NCBI GenBank assembly: GCA_964361035.1
Contig: CAYHZD010000003.1
Location: 1 to 32,364, forward strand
DNA length: 32,364 bases
Source: an uncultured Candidatus Saccharibacteria bacterium
Lineage (GTDB): Bacteria; Patescibacteriota; Minisyncoccia; Ryanbacterales; CAYHZD01
Reading direction: 5' to 3'
Below, one piece after another: positions 25,263-31,226 of this stretch (positions within the stretch are counted from its first letter, which is position 1; each line of letters opens with the position of its first letter). Position numbers and translations under genes: made by a program. The notes beneath the pieces were generated by a model, which did not search any database, had not been told where the DNA came from, and saw only the letters and a list, made by a program, of their open reading frames with translations.

Positions 25263-26650
25263 GGGACTGGACCGTTGTTGCGGTATTGGCAATCGTTGGC
25301 TTTTGTGTCGCGATTGCTCTCGGGGTATTGAACGGTTACCTTTTCTATCACGATTTTTCACAAGATGCGGGTCTTATGGGATACCATAAAACTGCCTCCT
25401 CCCTCCTTCATACTTTTTCTTTCCACAACGAAAAAGAACTTTTTTTTGAGACGATTCGGCGGCCACCCGGCTACCCGATTTTTCTCGCGCTTTCTTATGC
25501 CTTGTTGGGAGAACGCCTTCTTACCGTTTGGATTGTCCAAATGATTCTTTGGATTATGAGCATTGGGCTTTTTTGGCGGATTAGCCGTCGTTTTCTTGAT
25601 GGCAGGGAGGCGTTGATCCCTCCATTTCTTCTTGCTTGTTGGTGGGGGATTGCCAGTCAGGTTTTTGTGGTCAATGTTGAAATTTTTGCTTTTTTTCTCA
25701 TCATAGTATTTTTATGGGCATGGTTACGTTACGGAGAAGAGCAGCGTACGCGGTGGATAGGTATAAGTGCGATCGCATTTGCGTGGTTTGTGCTCATTAA
25801 AGCGCCGTTTCTTTATTTTATTCCCCTTTTAATTGTGCTGTTCATCATTACGATGCGGCCGCTCAATCGTCGTGTTATACGCGATGGCGTTGCCGCTCTT
25901 TTTATAATGGGGATCATCATTGGATCATGGTCGTTTTATAGCTATTATTTGTTGGGGACCTTTCAGCTGGCAAGCGGTGGACTTACGGTGATGCGCAGAG
26001 CTGATGACGTGCTTCTCTCTGGAGATCGGATAAAACAATTTTTTGTCGCTTCTCTGACAAATGATTATGTCGCCGACCGCCTTTTTTCTGGCTACGCAGA
26101 TAATCCGGAGCCGATCAATAAGGAAACGCGCGCCCGTGAAAAAACATATGCTCAACGTTTACTGCCAGACAAATCCAACGAAGCAATACTCCAGAAGGAG
26201 CTTGGCGAAGCAACGCGATCGTTGATAGTACAAGCGCCTATTAAGTTTATCGCCACCGCATTTCCCTATCTGATACGACTCAATCGTCCGCTTACCCCGA
26301 GAGGCGACGACATCGATCAATTGTTTATAGGCACTCGATCATTTCTTTCTCCAACACAGAAAGTCGCCTCTATTCTCGCGTTTCTCGGCATTTGGTACAG
26401 TTTTGTGATCGGGACATTTTTGGGTGCCATTCAATGTATGCGAAAAAAATATTTTGTGAGCAAATGGATGTTGCCGCTCCTCGTTATTTTTTATACGAAT
26501 GGCATCTACGCGCTTTTAAGCCATGCGGAGGCGCGTTATCTTTTCCCTGCAATGCCGTTCTATTTTCTTTTGTTCGCATTTTTGCTCGCGAAAATTAAAA
26601 CCAAAGTGCCTTGCGTTGTTCTTGGTAATACGATTGAAATCCGGGAGTAG
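25241..26650 (+). CDS. GT-C fold membrane glycosyltransferase (ArnT/PMT-like), paralog C
   Basis: Loop-1 FYHDFSQDAGLMGYH, then IRRPPGYPIFLALSYALLG (the classic GT39/83 PPxYP motif). The C-terminus SHAEARYLFPAMPFYFLLF parallels ORF 13144..14541. ATG 25241; the track start 25208 is a GTG. It overlaps the upstream gene by 22 nt. Confidence 0.62.
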   Translation: MEDKIYLRDWTVVAVLAIVGFCVAIALGVLNGYLFYHDFSQDAGLMGYHKTASSLLHTFSFHNEKELFFETIRRPPGYPIFLALSYALLGERLLTVWIVQMILWIMSIGLFWRISRRFLDGREALIPPFLLACWWGIASQVFVVNVEIFAFFLIIVFLWAWLRYGEEQRTRWIGISAIAFAWFVLIKAPFLYFIPLLIVLFIITMRPLNRRVIRDGVAALFIMGIIIGSWSFYSYYLLGTFQLASGGLTVMRRADDVLLSGDRIKQFFVASLTNDYVADRLFSGYADNPEPINKETRAREKTYAQRLLPDKSNEAILQKELGEATRSLIVQAPIKFIATAFPYLIRLNRPLTPRGDDIDQLFIGTRSFLSPTQKVASILAFLGIWYSFVIGTFLGAIQCMRKKYFVSKWMLPLLVIFYTNGIYALLSHAEARYLFPAMPFYFLLFAFLLAKIKTKVPCVVLGNTIEIRE

Positions 26651-27638
26651 CGCGTACTTTTTCCCACCAAACGCAATTTTTAACATACCATTGCACCGTG
26701 TGTGCAAGAGCGTTTTCAAACATATGTTCATGACGGAATTGATGAAGTCGTTGCGCTTTCTCCCAATTTAGAAGGTACATTTTGTCTTGGCTTGCCCGAT
26801 CTTTAACGTGCTCAATGGATTCTTCCGGATGTTTCCCTAATATTGTTGCAATGGCGTGCACGATTTCATTATTTGTTTTTGGCGCACCTCCTATATTATA
26901 GGATTCCCCGATATGTCCTTCATGTAAAAAAAGGCAAACCGCGCGACAGAAATCTTCCACAAAAAGCCAAGAGCGGGTATAGTCGCCCGTGCCATGCAGT
27001 GGTACTTTTTGGCCGAGTAAAAGATTAGTGATAGTCAGGGGGATGAGTTTTTCCGGGTATTGGCGCGGCCCGAAATTATTTGATGGACGAAATATGATTG
27101 CTGGTATTTGATAGGTATGAATATAACTTTGTACGATGAGATCAGCGGCCGCTTTGGAGGCTGAATAAGGATTTGTAGGACGAAATTGTGTGGATTCATC
27201 GGCGGCGCCATGCGTACTGCGATCGCCATACACTTCGTCAGTTGAGATATGCACAAAGCGTTTGACAGGATAGGCGCGCAGGGTGTCGAGGAGCGCATGT
27301 GTTCCGCGAATATTAGTGTGGATAAAATGTCGTGTATCAGTAATGGAACGGTCTACGTGACTCTCGGCAGCGAGATGAATAACCGCGTCAAAATGATATT
27401 CTTTAAAAAGATAGGAGAGCAGCCGTTCATCGCATACGTCGCCGCGTATAAAATAATAGCGCCGTTTGGAAAAAGGTAATTCTGACTCTTTTTCTTCTAT
27501 GTCGCGAAGATTATCCGGGTTGCCCGCATAAGTAATAAGATCAAAATTCCAGATGCGGTAGTCAGGATAATGATCGTAGAGATACCGGATTAAATTGGAG
27601 CCCATAAAACCCAATCCACCTGTGAGAAGAATGTTCAT
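26595..27638 (-). CDS. rfbB: dTDP-glucose 4,6-dehydratase
   Basis: MNILLTGGLGFMGSN, LITYAGNPDNL, HLAAESHVDRSI, ISTDEVYG, YSASKAAADL, NNFGPRQYPEKLIP, GDYTRSWLFVED. These are canonical RfbB/RmlB motifs. The 3' end overlaps the convergent GT-C gene by 56 nt. Confidence 0.9.
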   Translation of the reverse strand: MNILLTGGLGFMGSNLIRYLYDHYPDYRIWNFDLITYAGNPDNLRDIEEKESELPFSKRRYYFIRGDVCDERLLSYLFKEYHFDAVIHLAAESHVDRSITDTRHFIHTNIRGTHALLDTLRAYPVKRFVHISTDEVYGDRSTHGAADESTQFRPTNPYSASKAAADLIVQSYIHTYQIPAIIFRPSNNFGPRQYPEKLIPLTITNLLLGQKVPLHGTGDYTRSWLFVEDFCRAVCLFLHEGHIGESYNIGGAPKTNNEIVHAIATILGKHPEESIEHVKDRASQDKMYLLNWEKAQRLHQFRHEHMFENALAHTVQWYVKNCVWWEKVRATPGFQSYYQEQRKALWF

Positions 27639-27657
27639 AGCGATATAGAAGATACTA

Positions 27658-28410
27658 TCACAATAGTAATGATTTTTCTATGCTTCTTTTGTGTTTTAGA
27701 TAAGTCAAGAAAGCTATAATCATTGAGGTGGAGGTATAGGTGTACTCATCAATCTCTTTGCCGCCGAAGCCGCGCTTGAAGGCGGTGATGGATGCTTTGG
27801 CTGGATCGCGCGTGTTGATGGCGCCCATGTCAAAAAATTGGTAGCCATGTTCGTGCCCCCATCGAGATGCCTCATAGACAAGACGGCGCGTGGCATAGCC
27901 CGTTTCATTGCGTTCTTTCGGGGAATGCGTTTCGTGACGGCGCGAGAATATGGCACGCGCGCGCAAAATCGGAGGCGCATCGTAGCACAGGACAGCCGCG
28001 ATTAATTCATTATGGCTATAGGCGCTAAAGAGACGGTGTCCGACAAGCGAGACAGGAAAGGGAAGTATTCGTTTCTGAAATGTTTCAAATCGGCGATAGA
28101 GCGTGCGCGCCGCGCGAAGATTTTTGTCATCACTTACAAAGGTAACATCAGGCATCCGAAATGTCCGGCGGATTTCATTGCGCGTGGTGTCATGAAAGCT
28201 CGCCAGTATTTTTTCGGGCTGAGGCACAAGATCAATAAGGATTGTCTGTTTTTGTTTTACCGAAACGGCAGGGCCGAAGTCAAATCTGCGGTACGAAAGG
28301 CCGCTAAGATAATGATATTTTTTTTCATGGAATGCGCGGACAAGCTTTTGATCGTCAAGAATAATTCTTGCGCTTGTAAAAAAAAGAAATTTTCGTTTTT
28401 TGATAATCAT
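27658..28410 (-). CDS. FemAB-family / Acetyltransf_6-type GNAT-fold acyl(aminoacyl)transferase-like protein
   Basis: 250 aa. The pattern TILIDLVPQPEKILASFHDTTRNEIRR..., LYRRFETFQKR..., ELIAAVLCYD..., ATRRLVYEASRWGHEHGYQFFDMGAIN...ITAFKRGFGGKEIDEY resembles the C-terminal FemX/FemAB-like domain. The family call is tentative. Confidence 0.5.
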   Translation of the reverse strand: MIIKKRKFLFFTSARIILDDQKLVRAFHEKKYHYLSGLSYRRFDFGPAVSVKQKQTILIDLVPQPEKILASFHDTTRNEIRRTFRMPDVTFVSDDKNLRAARTLYRRFETFQKRILPFPVSLVGHRLFSAYSHNELIAAVLCYDAPPILRARAIFSRRHETHSPKERNETGYATRRLVYEASRWGHEHGYQFFDMGAINTRDPAKASITAFKRGFGGKEIDEYTYTSTSMIIAFLTYLKHKRSIEKSLLL

Positions 28411-29075
28411 AATATGCCAAGCAGTTTTAACTTAAACACCGCCAGCGATTCGCCGGGATCGGGGCGCACCTTGCGCACGCGCGTATCGGCCGTGGTGATC
28501 GTATAGCCGACATCGTGCGCGAGCGTTTCTAGTTCTTGCGAGCTTCGGCCTTTCGGATATGAAAACGAGGTTACTTCAACGCCCAATCGTTCCTCAAGGA
28601 GTTGTTTGGATCGCGCCATTTCTTGGCGTGCCTCAACAAGCGGCATCTTGGTGAGTTTACGGTGGGTAACGCTGTGCGATCCGATCTCGCCGCGGTTCTT
28701 TAATCGCATGGCTTCCTGCCATGTCAGATAGCCGTTTCCATTTTTTTGATCAAGATAATCGATTGTCAGAAAAAGTGTTGCTGGAATATCAATTGATGGC
28801 ACTTCACGAAATCCGTCGTCGAAATACACCGCCGCTTTTTTGCCTCTATCGGCGGCAGCGATATCACGAATCAGCACAAATTGATAGCCGCGTTTTTTTA
28901 AATAAGCGATATGGGTGGCGAACGCGCGCGGATGGATGGCAAGCTGATGCGTTCTGTCGCTCACGCGATGATACGCAATCGCCACGAGGCGCGGTTCCGC
29001 CAAAAATCGTATCAGAGGTCCGATGCCGCTTGCCCAAATGAGCGCGGCAATGCCGCTTTTAAAAAAACGTTTCAT
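28407..29075 (-). CDS. Polysaccharide deacetylase (CE4, NodB homology domain) with an N-terminal membrane anchor
   Basis: AVYFDDGF (the TFDDG motif), IGSHSVTHRKL (the HxxxH zinc motif) and VTSFSYPKGR (the RxPY-like motif). The hydrophobic N-terminus is IAALIWASGIGPLI. There is an ATGA overlap with the downstream gene. Confidence 0.85.
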   Translation of the reverse strand: MKRFFKSGIAALIWASGIGPLIRFLAEPRLVAIAYHRVSDRTHQLAIHPRAFATHIAYLKKRGYQFVLIRDIAAADRGKKAAVYFDDGFREVPSIDIPATLFLTIDYLDQKNGNGYLTWQEAMRLKNRGEIGSHSVTHRKLTKMPLVEARQEMARSKQLLEERLGVEVTSFSYPKGRSSQELETLAHDVGYTITTADTRVRKVRPDPGESLAVFKLKLLGIL

Positions 29076-30453
29076 AAAGGCGTGTCATAATGGTATCAAA
29101 TGAGTACCATGCATCAATGGCGCTCATTGCAAGAAAAAGAATGCATACGCCGCCGAGGATTTTAAGAATTGTTTTTTTGCGATCCGCGTCGGCATGCCAG
29201 AATGCGACGGCCGGAAAGGCGGCAAGAAGCGCGAGGAGAGGATAGATGCCGTAGCGGTAGCGAGTCTCCACATAAAATGGAATGACCGCCAATGGTTTGG
29301 CGATCACAAAGCCAAGGAATGCCACTCGCAGAGACGAGCGGTCATGCCAAAAAAGCAAAGCGCCCGTGACGGCAAAGATAAAAAGAAATGCGGTACCAAT
29401 GGCAGAAGCGGCGATGAGCAACCATTGAATAATCTGATGGTGCTGCAATTCTGGCCAAAAACCGGTTGGCCGGATAAGACTTGCATACATAATTGCTTTT
29501 TTGAATTGGAGTTCAAAAAATTTAAGCGGACGATCCAATACAAAATGTTTGACCGCATTGATGCTTACCGCGGAAAGCTCGGTGGAGTGATAGCGTTCGC
29601 GAGCCTCCCGGAGAAGTGCCGGACGATCATAGCCGCCCGTGGCTTTTTCGTTGTTGCCGACCCAAAGCGCATAGGCGCCGGCCGTGGTGGTAAAAAGCGG
29701 TTGGTCGTAGAGGAGAGAATTGCGTAGCGACCATCCGCCGACCAGAAGAATCGGAAAGAAAAAACTCACCAATGCGCCACGCCAATTTTTTTGCCACACG
29801 AGCGCGGCGGGCAATACCAAAAAAGCAAATAACTCCGATGGGCGTGTCAAGATAGCAAGCGCCCAAAAAAGGCTCGCGGCAAACAAAACGAAATAGGTCC
29901 TATGGGACCTATCAGACCTATAGGTCATATAGTTGAGTGAAAAATACACCGCCCCCACGCCAAAAAAGAGCAAGAGTGTTTCGTAGAGGATAAAACCGTT
30001 GATGATAATAAGATCGGGCAGAAAACCGAAAATGATCGCGGCCGCAAGAGCAAGACGATGTTTTTGATTGTGATAGGAAAAAAGACAGAGTGCAATTTTA
30101 AGGACAAACCATGCAGTGAGCGCGCGCAAAAATGCTTGGGCAATCCAGATGACCCAAAGTTTGTCGCGATAGGAAAGCGGGTCCATGCGCGCTTCGCCGC
30201 CAAAAAGACGGTAGAGACCAGCAAGAAAAAATTCATAGCCGGGTCCTATGCGAAAGATCGCATCATCGCGAAGCGGATCATGAGCGTTTTGGCGATTTTC
30301 AATATAGCCGAGGCCGCGTGCCAGATTCCACCCAATACGATTGTATGCTTTGGCGTCCACATGTGGTTGAATATTGGCAAGGAATGAAAATCCAAGAGAA
30401 ACAGCAAAAATACTGGCAATCAGAAAAATAGAAAACGTTTTTGTTCGTGTCAT
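29059..30453 (-). CDS. GT-C fold membrane glycosyltransferase (ArnT/PMT-like), paralog D
   Basis: Loop-1 QPHVDAKAYNRIGWNLARGLGY, then FRIGPGYEFFLAGLYRLFG. It is polytopic with a C-terminal YVETRYRYGIYPLLALLAAF. It overlaps the downstream CE4 gene by 17 nt. Confidence 0.65.
   Translation of the reverse strand: MTRTKTFSIFLIASIFAVSLGFSFLANIQPHVDAKAYNRIGWNLARGLGYIENRQNAHDPLRDDAIFRIGPGYEFFLAGLYRLFGGEARMDPLSYRDKLWVIWIAQAFLRALTAWFVLKIALCLFSYHNQKHRLALAAAIIFGFLPDLIIINGFILYETLLLFFGVGAVYFSLNYMTYRSDRSHRTYFVLFAASLFWALAILTRPSELFAFLVLPAALVWQKNWRGALVSFFFPILLVGGWSLRNSLLYDQPLFTTTAGAYALWVGNNEKATGGYDRPALLREARERYHSTELSAVSINAVKHFVLDRPLKFFELQFKKAIMYASLIRPTGFWPELQHHQIIQWLLIAASAIGTAFLFIFAVTGALLFWHDRSSLRVAFLGFVIAKPLAVIPFYVETRYRYGIYPLLALLAAFPAVAFWHADADRKKTILKILGGVCILFLAMSAIDAWYSFDTIMTRLYETFF
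29893..29926. repeat. Cluster of inverted 7-8-mers (ATAGGTCC-TATG-GGACCTAT, then the palindrome GACCTATAGGTC) inside the GT-C gene
   Basis: Read directly. 8-bp arms at 29893-29900 and 29905-29912 with a 4-nt loop. A perfect 12-bp palindrome lies at 29915-29926. On the minus strand the region encodes the loop peptide TYRSDRSHRTY. Confidence 0.6.
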
Positions 30454-30455
30454 AT

Positions 30456-31181
30456 TTAATACTCCACCGCATCTTTGCCGCTCATGAGCTCGGCGCGTTC
30501 TACGCCCGGAGTTTTGCGCAAGAGTGTAAGAAGAGTGCCGACGGTGGTTTCGTCCACCAAGCGGACGCCAAAAGTATATTCGGCAAAACTATCATGCAAT
30601 GTTTTCGCGTTGAGCAAATGGCGGCTTATCAAATAAGTATGCCATGGTGCGGGAGATTCGGGAATAAAAGGATCTTTTGTCAGAAGTACGAGGATGTGGC
30701 CGCCTCGAGCAGCACTTGCGAAATTAAAGCGGTCCATAACTAATATGACGGCGGAGATGAAAAACGTACCGATGCCGGCCACGGTGTAATTATTAGTACC
30801 CACTGCTACCCCAACTGCCAGCGCAAAAAATACGAACGCGATATCGCGTGTTTCTTTGACAATGGTGCGGAAGCGGATGAGAGCGAAAGCGCCAAGAAGG
30901 GCAAACGCGCCCACAATGTTTTCGGTAACCACCATCATAATCAAACTTGCAATCATCCCCATGAGAATGATGGTGCCCACAAATGATTGCGAATAAGAGA
31001 GGGTGCGATGAGTTCTTCGATAGACCCATACGATCACTAGTTCAAGCGCCAGTACGAACGCAAGGTTGATAACCACAATTGCCGCGTTTATTTCAGTTTC
31101 CGCCAAGAAAAGAAAACGTTCCATATAAAGTGTACCATAATACATATTAAAAAAATATGCAAGATTGTCTCTCATGTACAA
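30456..31181 (-). CDS. DUF4956 domain-containing membrane protein
   Basis: WVYRRTHRTLSYSQSFVGTIILMGMIASLIMMVV...VGAFALLGAFALIRFRTIVKETRDIAFVFFALAVGVAVG matches my recollection of the DUF4956 core (RFRT-x-x-K-x-x-RD-I-x-F). There are 4 hydrophobic helices plus a roughly 90-aa soluble C-terminus. Its stop is 2 nt before the next gene's start. Confidence 0.62.
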   Translation of the reverse strand: MYMRDNLAYFFNMYYGTLYMERFLFLAETEINAAIVVINLAFVLALELVIVWVYRRTHRTLSYSQSFVGTIILMGMIASLIMMVVTENIVGAFALLGAFALIRFRTIVKETRDIAFVFFALAVGVAVGTNNYTVAGIGTFFISAVILVMDRFNFASAARGGHILVLLTKDPFIPESPAPWHTYLISRHLLNAKTLHDSFAEYTFGVRLVDETTVGTLLTLLRKTPGVERAELMSGKDAVEY

Positions 31182-31203
31182 TGGCCCTTGTTTTTTGTAA
31201 AAT
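31175..31203 (+). promoter_or_regulatory. Candidate promoter for the surface-protein gene (-35 TGTACA, 17-nt spacer, -10 TAAAAT)
   Basis: TGTACA at 31175-31180, TAAAAT at 31198-31203, ATG at 31227. It lies in the 45-nt divergent gap. Confidence 0.25.
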
Positions 31204-31226
31204 AGTCATGTGTGAGAAAACGTTTG

